Of a DNA stretch of 64,000 nt, positions 6,982 through 14,936 are shown piece by piece. Under the pieces are notes generated by a model. That model saw only the letters and a program-made list of their open reading frames with translations. It was not told where the DNA came from and made no database searches. This stretch comes from Candidatus Xenobium occultum (lineage in GTDB: Bacteria; Vulcanimicrobiota; Xenobia; Xenobiales; Xenobiaceae), in assembly GCA_002423485.1 (NCBI GenBank), contig DIWH01000017.1, forward strand, positions 61,131-125,130. The letters run 5' to 3'. The translations under genes and the position numbers were made by a program. How positions within the stretch are numbered: position 1 is the stretch's first letter; each line of letters begins with the position of its first letter.

Positions 6982-9143
6982 GGGGTGCCTCCAAGCACAG
7001 GGGGTCTTCGGCTCTTCGCATCCGCGGTCTTGCTCCCCTCCACCGCGCCGTGGCGCAACCACTCCAGGCAGTCCCCGGTCACCTGGTCCAGGGGGCCCTC
7101 CACCCGGCGACAGTCGGGAAGAGAGCTCAGGAAGGCCCGACCGTAGCCCTTGCTCAGCAGGCGCCCGTCCAGGACCAGGACCACCCCCCGATCCGAGGCC
7201 GTGCGGATCAGCCGCCCGAAGCCCTGGCGGAACTTCACCACCGCCAGGGGGAGGTGATACTTCGAGAAGGGATTCTCGCCAGCCTCGGCCAGCCGGTTGG
7301 AGCGCGCCTGGTGGACCGGGTCACTGGGCACGCGGAAGGGCAGGCGGGCCATCACCACGCAGCTCAGCGCGTCGCCGGGGACATCGACCCCTTCCCAGAA
7401 GGAGTCCGTTCCCAACAGCAGGGCTCTCTTCTGGCTGCGGAAGCGGTTGAGCAGGACCGCGCGGTCCGCCCTCCCCTGGCAGAGAACCTCGATCCCGACC
7501 TGGGTCAGCGCGGGTTGCAGCAGGGCTTCAAGCTCTCGCAGCATGCGCCACGAGGTCACAAGCAGGAAGGTGCGACCTCCCAATCCCCGGACCAGGTCCA
7601 GGAGGCCGGGCGCCACCGCTCGGGCGAAGTCGGGGTCTCCCGGGTCTGGCAGGCCGCGGGCCACGGCCAGCAGGGTCTGCTGGGCATAGTCGAAGGGGCT
7701 GTCCACCACCAGCGTCTTGAGGCGTTCCTGGTGCTCTTCCAGGCCGACCCGGCCTTGAAGGAAGTTCATGCTGTTCCGGACGGTCAGGGTGGCCGAGGTC
7801 AGGATCGCCGTGCGGACCTTGGCGAAGAGGAGCTCGGAGAGTTGGGGACCCACGTCCAGGGGGACGGCTCCCAGGCCCGCGTCCCGGGCGGAGGCTTCTG
7901 CCCAGTGCACCCTCTGGCCCGAGTCGGGGGCGAGGCATCGCTGCAGGCTGGTGCGGATCGATTCCAGGCGCTGCACAAAACCTTGGGCCTCCAGTCTCAA
8001 GCCCTGCCCGGTCTCCCAGTCCGGAACCTCCTCCAGGGCCCCAGCGATTTCCCTCAGGGCCCCTGCAGCCTCGACCAGGCGCTCGACCAGGCGCTGCCCC
8101 GCGAGGCGGATCCCCTCGCCCTGCGCGGTGGCGAACCAGGCCTCGTCGACGGAGACCTTCTCAAGCTCTGGGGGGATCCGCTCGGCCAGAAGGCCCAGCA
8201 TCTCCTCGGCTGCGCCGCCCAGGGCGGGCAGTGGGGCCAGCAGGCTCAGGTCCACCTGGCCCAGCAGTTGCCGGCGCGACTCGGGGGGCACAGGAGCGCT
8301 CGTCAGGGCCAGGCGCAGCCCGGCCAGGAAGCCGCCCTCCTCGGTCAGGGCCCGGGGGCGGTAGAGTTGTTGAAGGAAGCGGAAGAAGTCGCTCCGCAGG
8401 AAGCGGTCGCCCAGGTGGTCGGTGGCGGTCTCTTCCAGGTGGTGGGCCTCGTCCAGGATGACCCGCTCCAGCCCGGGCAGGATTCCAGGAGCTCCGTCCC
8501 GCCGCAGGGCCAGGTCCGAAAGCAGCAGGGCGTGGTTGGTCAGGATCAGGTCGGCGCCCTCCAGGGCCCGGCGTTCGCGGAAGAGGAAGCAGCGCTCGAA
8601 GAACGGGCAGCGCTGACGGCCGCAGGCCATCGAATCGCAGCTCAGGCGGGCCCACAACTCCTCGCCCACCGGCACCTCCGAGCGCAATCCGCTGCCGCCT
8701 CGGGACAGGTGGAAGGCCACCTCGGCCAGCACCTCCTCTTCACCAGGCGTCAACTCGCCGCTTCGGGGCAGGCCGTGCACCCGGCGCAGGCACAGGTAGT
8801 TGCTCCAACCCCGAGCCTGCACGGCTCGGAAGGCCAGTCCCAGGGGGCCCTGAAGGCGGGGCACGTCGACGTCCAGGATCTGCTGTTGCAGGTTCAGGGT
8901 CCGCGAGGCCACCACCACCGGCCCTTGGCCTCCACCGGCCCGCCAGAGCAGGGCAGGAATCAGGTAGGCCAGGGATTTCCCGGTTCCGGTTCCGGCCTCG
9001 GCCAGCAGGATCTCCTCGTTCTCGAAGGCCTCGGCCACGGCCCGGGCCATCTCCACCTGCCCGGGACGTTCCTCGAAGCCCGGGATCCGCGGCAGGCGCT
9101 CGCGGAAGAAGGTTTCGACGCGGGCGCTCAGGGAGGAAGGCAT
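6978..9143 (-). CDS. dinG: ATP-dependent DNA helicase, DinG/Rad3 family
   Basis: Inner ATG of ORF 6978..9584. ERPGQVEMA, Walker A AEAGTGTGKSLAYL, DEAH box VILDEAHHLEE, C-terminal FWEGVDVPG and FRQGFGRLIR. Stop overlaps the bcp start (ATGA). Confidence 0.85.
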   Translation of the reverse strand: MPSSLSARVETFFRERLPRIPGFEERPGQVEMARAVAEAFENEEILLAEAGTGTGKSLAYLIPALLWRAGGGQGPVVVASRTLNLQQQILDVDVPRLQGPLGLAFRAVQARGWSNYLCLRRVHGLPRSGELTPGEEEVLAEVAFHLSRGGSGLRSEVPVGEELWARLSCDSMACGRQRCPFFERCFLFRERRALEGADLILTNHALLLSDLALRRDGAPGILPGLERVILDEAHHLEETATDHLGDRFLRSDFFRFLQQLYRPRALTEEGGFLAGLRLALTSAPVPPESRRQLLGQVDLSLLAPLPALGGAAEEMLGLLAERIPPELEKVSVDEAWFATAQGEGIRLAGQRLVERLVEAAGALREIAGALEEVPDWETGQGLRLEAQGFVQRLESIRTSLQRCLAPDSGQRVHWAEASARDAGLGAVPLDVGPQLSELLFAKVRTAILTSATLTVRNSMNFLQGRVGLEEHQERLKTLVVDSPFDYAQQTLLAVARGLPDPGDPDFARAVAPGLLDLVRGLGGRTFLLVTSWRMLRELEALLQPALTQVGIEVLCQGRADRAVLLNRFRSQKRALLLGTDSFWEGVDVPGDALSCVVMARLPFRVPSDPVHQARSNRLAEAGENPFSKYHLPLAVVKFRQGFGRLIRTASDRGVVLVLDGRLLSKGYGRAFLSSLPDCRRVEGPLDQVTGDCLEWLRHGAVEGSKTADAKSRRPPVLGGTP

Positions 9144-9289
9144 GGGAAGAGCGTTTCGCCCCGGGTTCGGGAAATCCGCTCCCGAAGACCAGCGCCTCCA
9201 GCCGTAGGAGAGCCCTCTCCGGCGGAGAAGTCGGCCCGGGCCCGCACCCGGAAGGCCGGGCCCAGACCCGGGCAGTTGAGCGTGTATCC

Positions 9290-10330
9290 GTGATCGGTGT
9301 CGGTGTCGTCGGCTATGGCTATTGGGGGCCGAACCTGGTCCGCAACCTGCATGCCCATCCCCAGGTCCGGCTGGTCTCAGTCTGCGATCTGGAACCCGCC
9401 CGCCTGGACCTGGTGGCCCGGGGGTATCCGGCCGTGCGGACCACGACGTGCTTCCAGGATCTGCTGGCCGATCCCGCGGTCCAGGCCGTGGTGATCTGCA
9501 CGCGGGTGGAGAGCCACGCCGAGCTGGCCCTGGCGGCCCTGCGCTCGGGCCGGCACGTCCTGGTCGAGAAGCCCCTGGCCGCAAGCGTTCAGGAGGCCTG
9601 CCACCTGGTGGACGAGGCCCGACGCCGCAACCTGCTGCTGATGGTGGACCACACCTTCGTCTTCTCGCCGGCGGTGCGCAAGATCCGGGACCTTCTTCTG
9701 GGAGGCGACCTGGGCCGCCGGGTCCATTACTACGACTCGGTCCGGGTGAACCTGGGGCCCTTTCGCCACGACGTGAACGCCTTGTGGGACCTGGCGGTGC
9801 ACGACCTGTCGATCCTGGACTACGTCTTTCCGCATCAGCCGCTGGAGGTTTCCTGCATCGGGGTCTCGCACTTGGAGGGGCAGCCCGAGAACCTGGCTTA
9901 CCTGACCTGTTGGTACCCCGACAACCTGCTGGCCCACATCCATGTGAACTGGCTGGCCCCGGTCAAGCTGCGCCGCACCCTGATCGGCGGAGACCAGAAG
10001 ATGCTGGTCTTCGACGACCTCGAGCCCAGCGAGAAGCTGAAGGTCTACGACAAGGGAATCACGGTGACCAGCAACGGAGGCGGGCGGGATGCCCTGATGG
10101 TCGACGACCGCTCGGGGGACATGTGGGCCCCCAAGCTGTCCAACCGCGAGGCCCTGGCCCTGGAGGTGGACGAGTTCGTGGCCGCCATCGCCCGGGGAGC
10201 CCGGTTCCCCGCTGGGGGAGACGCGGGCCTGAGGGTGGTCCGGGTCCTGGAGGCGGCCTCGCGCTCGATGCGGAGTCGGGGCTTGCCGGTCGCTTTGGAC
10301 GCGGGTCTCGTGCCCCTCGGAAACCCCTGA
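9290..10330 (+). CDS. Gfo/Idh/MocA family sugar-nucleotide oxidoreductase (WbpB-like)
   Basis: Track ORF with GTG start. Rossmann motif [32 protein letters not shown]. Confidence 0.8.
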   Translation: MIGVGVVGYGYWGPNLVRNLHAHPQVRLVSVCDLEPARLDLVARGYPAVRTTTCFQDLLADPAVQAVVICTRVESHAELALAALRSGRHVLVEKPLAASVQEACHLVDEARRRNLLLMVDHTFVFSPAVRKIRDLLLGGDLGRRVHYYDSVRVNLGPFRHDVNALWDLAVHDLSILDYVFPHQPLEVSCIGVSHLEGQPENLAYLTCWYPDNLLAHIHVNWLAPVKLRRTLIGGDQKMLVFDDLEPSEKLKVYDKGITVTSNGGGRDALMVDDRSGDMWAPKLSNREALALEVDEFVAAIARGARFPAGGDAGLRVVRVLEAASRSMRSRGLPVALDAGLVPLGNP

Positions 10331-10343
10331 ACCGGAGGCTGCC

Positions 10344-10835
10344 ATGCCCATCGTCGACTGCCGGATCGATCCCAGCGCCCGGGTCCACCAGCCCGAACTG
10401 GTCAACCTGTATGGGTGCACCATCGGGGCCCACAGCCGGGTCGGGCCTTTCGTCGAGATCCAGAAGAACGCCACGGTGGGGAGCCTGTGCAAGGTCTCCT
10501 CGCACGCCTTCCTGTGCGAGGGTGTGACCCTGGAGGACGAGGTCTTCGTCGGGCACGGGGCCGTCTTCGTCAACGACCGTTACCCTCGAGCCACCAACGA
10601 AGCAGGGGAACTGGGGACCGAGGTGGACTGGACCTTGGAGCCGATCCGGGTCTGCCGCCGGGCTTCGATTGGCAGCAACGCCACGATCCTGGCAGGGGTC
10701 ACGGTGGGGGAGGGCGCCCTGGTCGGGGCCGGAGCCGTGGTGACCCGGGATGTCCCGGCCCACGCCGTGGTGGTGGGAGTCCCCGCCCGGGTGGTGGGGG
10801 ATGCCCGGGAGTTGCCGCAGCACCGCCCCGGCTGA
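10344..10835 (+). CDS. left-handed beta-helix (hexapeptide) N-acetyltransferase, WbpD-like
   Basis: Track ORF. Hexapeptide repeats [43 protein letters not shown]. Follows the WbpB-like gene by 13 nt. Confidence 0.8.
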   Translation: MPIVDCRIDPSARVHQPELVNLYGCTIGAHSRVGPFVEIQKNATVGSLCKVSSHAFLCEGVTLEDEVFVGHGAVFVNDRYPRATNEAGELGTEVDWTLEPIRVCRRASIGSNATILAGVTVGEGALVGAGAVVTRDVPAHAVVVGVPARVVGDARELPQHRPG

Positions 10836-10868
10836 GTCCGCCCGGCCCTGAAAAGGCGAAGGCCCGCC
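10708..10868 (+). repeat. direct repeat DR-L (last ~128 nt of the acetyltransferase gene plus 33 nt); partner at 14731-14891
   Basis: Hand alignment gives 161 nt, 9 mismatches and no indels. Offset between copies is 4023 nt. Confidence 0.85.
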
Positions 10869-10986
10869 TGAATCCGTCAACTTTGACCCATGCGCGGCCG
10901 AGCGGAGGAGGCGACCAGGTGCGGGCGAAATCTTCTGGCGAAGGGGAGCGGCCAGGAGCCGCCTCGTGAAGAAGGGAGGGCCTTCC

Positions 10987-11265
10987 ATGGACCGCGCCGA
11001 TGTCCACCGCCTGGTCGACCAGTTCCCGTCGGAAAGCCTGGCTGCCGTGGCCCGGGTCCTGGAAGCCCTGAAGGACGCCCTCGCCCCCGGCGACCCTGTA
11101 GCCCAGGCCCTAGACAGCGCGCCGCTGGATGACGAGCCCCTGACAGACGGGGATCTGCAAGCCGTCAGGGAAGGGTCGGACGACTGGCGTGAAGGCCGGA
11201 CCTGCTCCCACGAGGAGGCCCTCCGGCGTGCCGCCCGGTGGGATGCCGAAGAGGCCAGTTCGTGA
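10987..11265 (+). CDS. type II antitoxin (partner of the RelE/ParE toxin)
   Basis: ATG preceded by GAAGAAGGGAGGG. MDRADVHRLVDQFPSESL...DDEPLTDGDLQAVREGSDDWREGRTCSHEEAL is typical of small addiction-module antitoxins. Stop overlaps the toxin start (GTGA). Confidence 0.65.
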   Translation: MDRADVHRLVDQFPSESLAAVARVLEALKDALAPGDPVAQALDSAPLDDEPLTDGDLQAVREGSDDWREGRTCSHEEALRRAARWDAEEASS

Positions 11266-11606
11266 ACTGGTCCATCTTCTGGACCGAACGAGCCCTCAAG
11301 GACCTGCGCCACCTGGACTCCCCCACTCGGGGCCGCGTGATGCAAGCCGTGGTACGCCTGGCCGAAGCCGGCCTGGGGGACGTCAAGAAACTGCAGGGCC
11401 TGCCGGGGTATCGCCTCCGCGTGGGGGACTGGCGAGTCTTCTTCGAACGCGACTCGGGGATTCGCGTGCTGGCTGCCCAGGAAACACAGCTTGGTAGCTC
11501 GGGGGGGCGTATCACGGCAGCACCGACGATTTCAACCGGTCGAGTCGCCGGGGGGCGACCTGTCGGTCTTCGTAGCCCTTGGCAATTCTCTTCCTACCAA
11601 TCTTGA
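11262..11606 (+). CDS. RelE/ParE family toxin, with an atypical ~45-aa C-terminal read-through
   Basis: GTG at 11262 in frame with ORF 11238..11606. VNWSIFWTERALKDLRHLDSPTRGRVMQAVVRLAE...DVKKLQGLPGYRLRVGDWRVFFERDSGIRVLA. After RVLA the usual short ending is replaced by low-complexity sequence. Confidence 0.6.
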   Translation: MNWSIFWTERALKDLRHLDSPTRGRVMQAVVRLAEAGLGDVKKLQGLPGYRLRVGDWRVFFERDSGIRVLAAQETQLGSSGGRITAAPTISTGRVAGGRPVGLRSPWQFSSYQS

Positions 11607-12100
11607 GATCCCTTGATGAGTTGAGACTCTCTTTGGTTCTCTGGATACGCCGGCCAGGTGCAAGGCCAGGCGCCGCTCGTGGGGGTCGTCCAGGACCAGG
11701 GTCGGATCAGGGGAAGCTCACCAGCCCGCCTCTGGATCGAGCGGATCCGCGGGTAGGCGTACAGGAGGTCGGGCGCGGTGTTGCCCTCCACCAGGGGAGG
11801 ATCGCTGGGCAGGTCTTCGATCTGCTGACCGGGATCGCCAAGCTGCGGGTTGCGGGCGCCGAGGCCCACGCCTTTGCCCGGTGGGGCCCGAGTTCACAGA
11901 ATGGCAAGGTCCCGGCCCCGAGTTGGCAACGGCTCGGACAGAGATCGGCAACAAGCCGGGGACACGCTGAAGGCGGGAGTGCCCTTCTGCAGGCGGTCCA
12001 GGCCGGCGCGGTACAGTCTCATGAACTCTGCTGGCGACAGGACGGAGACTCCGCTCCGTGCCTCGGGCGGGAAGTGGCCCATGCCTTCGGCCCCTCGGGC
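11510..12100 (-). pseudogene. frameshifted coding debris of unidentified gene(s)
   Basis: Protein-like stretches occur in three different minus-strand frames: SVLSPAEFMRLYRAGLDRLQKG; NPQLGDPGQQIEDLPSDPPLVEGNTAPDLLYAYPRIRSIQ; LVLDDPHERRLALHLAG; KIGRKRIAKGYEDRQVAPRRLDRLKSSVLP*. No single intact ORF. Confidence 0.25.
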
Positions 12101-12117
12101 GGGCCCCGAGAGGCGCG

Positions 12118-12438
12118 TCAGCTCGCCAGGGTCTCCCCCGCCTCGGCCCGTACCTGGACCTCGCGTTGGAGCCGCGCACCGAGAGCATCGGCGGCCACGT
12201 CGAGGTCATAATCCGACTGCAGGCCCAGCCAAAATTGAGGGGACGTGCCGAAGTAGCGCGCCAGCCGCAGCGCCGTCTCCGCGGTGACCCGGCGCTTGTG
12301 CAGGACGATCTCGTTGATGCGCCGTGGAGGAACGCCAAGGCAGAGGCCCAGCCGGTTCTGACTGAGGCCCAAGGGCTTGAGGAACTCCTCGAGCAGCACC
12401 TCTCCCGGGTGGACGGGGGGGAGTCGATTCTCGCTCAT
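12118..12438 (-). CDS. higA: HigA-family antitoxin (XRE helix-turn-helix)
   Basis: Inner ATG of ORF 12118..12645, preceded by GGGAGG. MSENRLPPVHPGEVLLEEFLKPLGLSQNRLGLCLGVPPRRINEIVLHKRRVTAETALRLARYFGTSPQFWLGLQSDYDL is the canonical HigA pattern. Confidence 0.85.
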   Translation of the reverse strand: MSENRLPPVHPGEVLLEEFLKPLGLSQNRLGLCLGVPPRRINEIVLHKRRVTAETALRLARYFGTSPQFWLGLQSDYDLDVAADALGARLQREVQVRAEAGETLAS

Positions 12439-12452
12439 GGGACCTCCCATCT

Positions 12453-12686
12453 TCAGTGGGAATCGCAGATCTCGACTTCGTAAGCGGCGCCGTCGCCCCA
12501 CCCTCGTCTGCTGCCAGCCGCCCTCGAAGGCAAAGAACTCGTGGACCAGCCCTGCCTGGAGCAGGCCACAGGCGAGTTGACCTTCGGCACCACGGAGGCG
12601 CGCTGATAGGGGCCGAGATCGCCGAGGAGGCCCAGGGCCTGACACTCTACGTCAGGTGCGCTTGGTAGGCTGGAACAGCCAGACAT
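12453..12686 (-). pseudogene. decayed HigB (RelE/ParE-superfamily killer) remnant
   Basis: Correct position just upstream of higA. C-terminus GDGAAYEVEICDSH* matches the HigB ending (..DGDAYDVEIVDYH). FFAFEGG lies in a second frame. The N-terminal half is missing or overlapped by the divergent gene at 12702. Confidence 0.45.
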
Positions 12687-12701
12687 TCCCAGGAGGTCCC
12701 C

Positions 12702-13400
12702 ATGCGCAGAGTTCTCCTATGCTTGTTCGTCCTGCTGCTCCTGACTCCAGCTTCGTTCGCCGAACCGGCGAAGGGAGTGGTGGGGCGCGAAGTCCCTCAT
12801 CAACTTGGGGTCTACGACCTTCAGTGCGCGGAGACGGCGGAATTCGGGGCCGGCGATATCGTGACGATCTTCAGGAAGGGCAGGTCCGTGGGCGAGGCGG
12901 TGGTCCTCTCGTCGACGACTGGAAGGCTGCGGATCTTAACCAAGGGCTCGACCGAGGCGGCCCCCGGGGACGAGGTGCGGTTCTCCCGACGCCCGACTCC
13001 GGTTTCTTCACCAGAGCCCCAGGTCACTCGGTCGGCCAGGCCATTCATCGACTCCAGTGCGAACGTGGAAAGGCTGCGCCCGGCTCGACTGGAAGTCACG
13101 CGCAGCGACATCTTCGTGGCCGACACCGGCTACGTCCGGGTCAACGTGAATGTTCGCAACATCGGTGAACAGGTCTCCAGGCCGGACACGCTGCAGTGTA
13201 TCTGGAAGAGATTCGGCGCATCGCCCGTGGTGGATTGCCTGTCCATCCCACCACTGGCCCCCGGTGAATCCTACGGACGGATCGTCTACTCGATGATCCG
13301 CGCCGATCCCAATGTGCTGAACACCATGAGGGACACGGTCTATGCCGAGGGGTCGGGACCCATTCGACCGGAGTTCAAGATCCTGAACCAGCCGAAGTAG
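12702..13400 (+). CDS. secreted protein of unknown function
   Basis: Track ORF. AGGAGG 5 nt before the ATG. Signal peptide MRRVLLCLFVLLLLTPASFA. Visibly less GC-rich than neighbouring genes. Confidence 0.7.
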   Translation: MRRVLLCLFVLLLLTPASFAEPAKGVVGREVPHQLGVYDLQCAETAEFGAGDIVTIFRKGRSVGEAVVLSSTTGRLRILTKGSTEAAPGDEVRFSRRPTPVSSPEPQVTRSARPFIDSSANVERLRPARLEVTRSDIFVADTGYVRVNVNVRNIGEQVSRPDTLQCIWKRFGASPVVDCLSIPPLAPGESYGRIVYSMIRADPNVLNTMRDTVYAEGSGPIRPEFKILNQPK

Positions 13401-13429
13401 CTGCGGTCGTCAAGCGTTGCTGCTCAGCC

Positions 13430-13515
13430 TGAATCCGCCGTCTGGCGTGAGAACCGAGGGCGTCGAGACGGGTCTGGATCGGCGGCCGAATGCCACGGCA
13501 GGTGGCGGATTCAGG
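13430..13515. repeat. inverted pair of the 12-mer CCTGAATCCGCC (REP/MITE-like) between convergent genes
   Basis: cctgaatccgcc at 13430-13441 and its reverse complement ggcggattcagg at 13504-13515. The same 12-mer occurs at 18109-18120, and a 1-mismatch copy at 10867-10878 lies exactly at the DR-L/islet junction. Confidence 0.6.
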
Positions 13516-13544
13516 TGCCCCTGGAGCGGGGGCCTGCCGGGGAT

Positions 13545-14093
13545 TCAGAAGGGCCAGGATGAGCGGTGGGAAGCCCGGTGCCGCGCCAGCACGACCGCGC
13601 CGACGACCATCCAGATGGCGTAGACCACAGCCTCGGCTTCGTGCGAGTAGTTCCACAGAAAGGCACGCAGTCCGCCGTTCTCGCCGTACAGCCAGGCCTT
13701 GGCGCTGACCCCCAGGATCAGCATCAGCGCAAGGGGCAACCCGTTCCAGAGCAGGCGAAAGGCCCGGGATGCGGTCTGGGGGTGGAACAGGGCGTCGAAG
13801 AACTCGCAGGCCAGGTGCATGGGGAAGGCGATGGCCAGCAGCATCGCCACGAACAGGACGGGCGCGAACGCGGGAACCGCAAAGGTGAGCATGCCGACCG
13901 GGACCGCGATGGCCCAGACCAGGCGGGAGGAAGAGAGCGAGCCGGCAAAGGGGGCCAGGAGCAGCCAGACCAGCCAGCCCGCCAGGACCCCCTTGAAGCC
14001 GACCGAGACGATCGGTGTGCAGGCCTCGGCCCGGAGGGTGCAGGCCAGGACCAGGACCAGGGCCAGGACCAGCGTTGCGCGTCTCAGCGCCAT
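13545..14093 (-). CDS. polytopic membrane protein of unknown function
   Basis: Inner ATG of ORF 13545..14921. [20 protein letters not shown] followed by ~5 hydrophobic helices. Overlaps the upstream gene by 10 nt. Confidence 0.65.
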   Translation of the reverse strand: MALRRATLVLALVLVLACTLRAEACTPIVSVGFKGVLAGWLVWLLLAPFAGSLSSSRLVWAIAVPVGMLTFAVPAFAPVLFVAMLLAIAFPMHLACEFFDALFHPQTASRAFRLLWNGLPLALMLILGVSAKAWLYGENGGLRAFLWNYSHEAEAVVYAIWMVVGAVVLARHRASHRSSWPF

Positions 14094-14659
14094 CGGATCT
14101 GCAGCTCCGTGTCGGTGGTCCCCTCGACCTGCCAGCGACCGCCCGGGTCCTGCATCCTGGCGAGGGGCCGGGGTGTGATGTTGGCGATGACCTGGGGGGG
14201 CGCAAGCACCGTCCATCGGGCGGGGGAGGGCGGGCGACTCCAACCCTTGGTGACCGGGAAGGGCAGGCGGAAGATGCCTGTCGGGCAGTCCTGGCTGAAG
14301 CTGAAGCGGGCCCGCCCCGTGGCCTCGGGGGCCATTCGCAGACGCAGCAGCACCCCGTCGGGGAAAGCCTCCCAGGTCCAGCCCTCCTCCACCTCGGCTC
14401 GGACCTCTCGCGCCGGGCCCAGGCCATCCGCCCGGGAGAAAGGCAGGTACAGGACGGTCCCCCGAGGGCGCCAGGAAGAGCAGCGATAGGAGAGTTTCAC
14501 GGAGACGTGGGCTGCCGACCCCTGCAGGCGCACCTGGGAGCGTGCCTCCTCCAACCAGATCCCGTAGGGAGGCAGGTCGACCCAGAAGGCCGCGATCACG
14601 TAGACCGTGGCCGCCAGGGCCACGGGAAGGACGACCTGCAGACGCCAGCGCCTGGACAC
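14084..14659 (-). CDS. membrane-anchored protein of unknown function
   Basis: Track ORF with GTG start. One N-terminal TM segment ([19 protein letters not shown]) followed by a soluble beta-rich domain. Co-oriented with and overlapping 13545..14093. Confidence 0.6.
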   Translation of the reverse strand: MSRRWRLQVVLPVALAATVYVIAAFWVDLPPYGIWLEEARSQVRLQGSAAHVSVKLSYRCSSWRPRGTVLYLPFSRADGLGPAREVRAEVEEGWTWEAFPDGVLLRLRMAPEATGRARFSFSQDCPTGIFRLPFPVTKGWSRPPSPARWTVLAPPQVIANITPRPLARMQDPGGRWQVEGTTDTELQIRWR

Positions 14660-14730
14660 GATCCCATGCTTTCAGCGCCGGACCGCCGAGAGCCTGCCTG
14701 CACGGCTTGCCTGGCCCTGCGGCTCGCCGC

Positions 14731-14858
14731 GGGAGGGCGCCCTGGTCGGGGCCGGAGCCGTGGTGCCCCGGGATGTCCCGCCGCACGCCGTGGTGGTGGG
14801 GGTGCCCGCCCGGGTGGTGGGGGATGCCAGGGAGCTGCCGCAGCACCGCCCCGGCTGA
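14731..14858 (+). pseudogene. orphan 3' fragment of a hexapeptide acetyltransferase gene (coding part of DR-R; repeat continues to 14891)
   Basis: Encodes ..[41 protein letters not shown] versus the intact gene ..[41 protein letters not shown]. No upstream beta-helix body. Confidence 0.8.
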
Positions 14859-14880
14859 GTCCGCCCGGCCGTGAAAAGGA

Positions 14881-14912
14881 GAAGGCCCGCCCCCCGGAGG
14901 AGACGGGCCTTC
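14881..14912. terminator. hairpin between the acetyltransferase fragment and convergent pnp
   Basis: GAAGGCCCG-N14-CGGGCCTTC. On the minus strand it is followed by tccttttc. The left arm is present in DR-L but the right arm is not. Confidence 0.6.
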
Positions 14913-14936
14913 GTGCCTCAACGAGGAGGCCTGCTG

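Larger units (their letters stand above)
10869..14730. mobile_element. putative inserted genomic islet bounded by DR-L/DR-R (no recombinase recognised)
   Basis: Bracketed by the 161-nt direct repeats. Contains two TA loci (one decayed), frameshifted ORF debris and orphan secreted/membrane genes. The pnp-side hairpin is intact only at the distal repeat. Confidence 0.5.

Noticed and set aside
9290-10835. Complete WbpB/WbpE/WbpD-type UDP-diacetamido-sugar pathway
   Set aside because: Only the oxidoreductase and the acetyltransferase are present, and no DegT-type aminotransferase gene is adjacent. I kept the pathway assignment at family level only.
11579-12338. Track ORFs 11579..12211 (+) and 11718..12338 (-) as islet genes
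   Set aside because: Both are R/G/P/A-rich with no motifs. They overlap each other and higA. The protein-like segments in this zone are short and split across frames, so I treated them as debris.
10708-14891. Diversity-generating retroelement (template/variable repeat pair at a gene 3' end)
   Set aside because: No reverse transcriptase is present in the window. The 9 mismatches are not adenine-specific in either copy (A/C, G/C, C/G, A/G, C/G, C/A, T/C, C/G, C/A), and most coding changes are synonymous.
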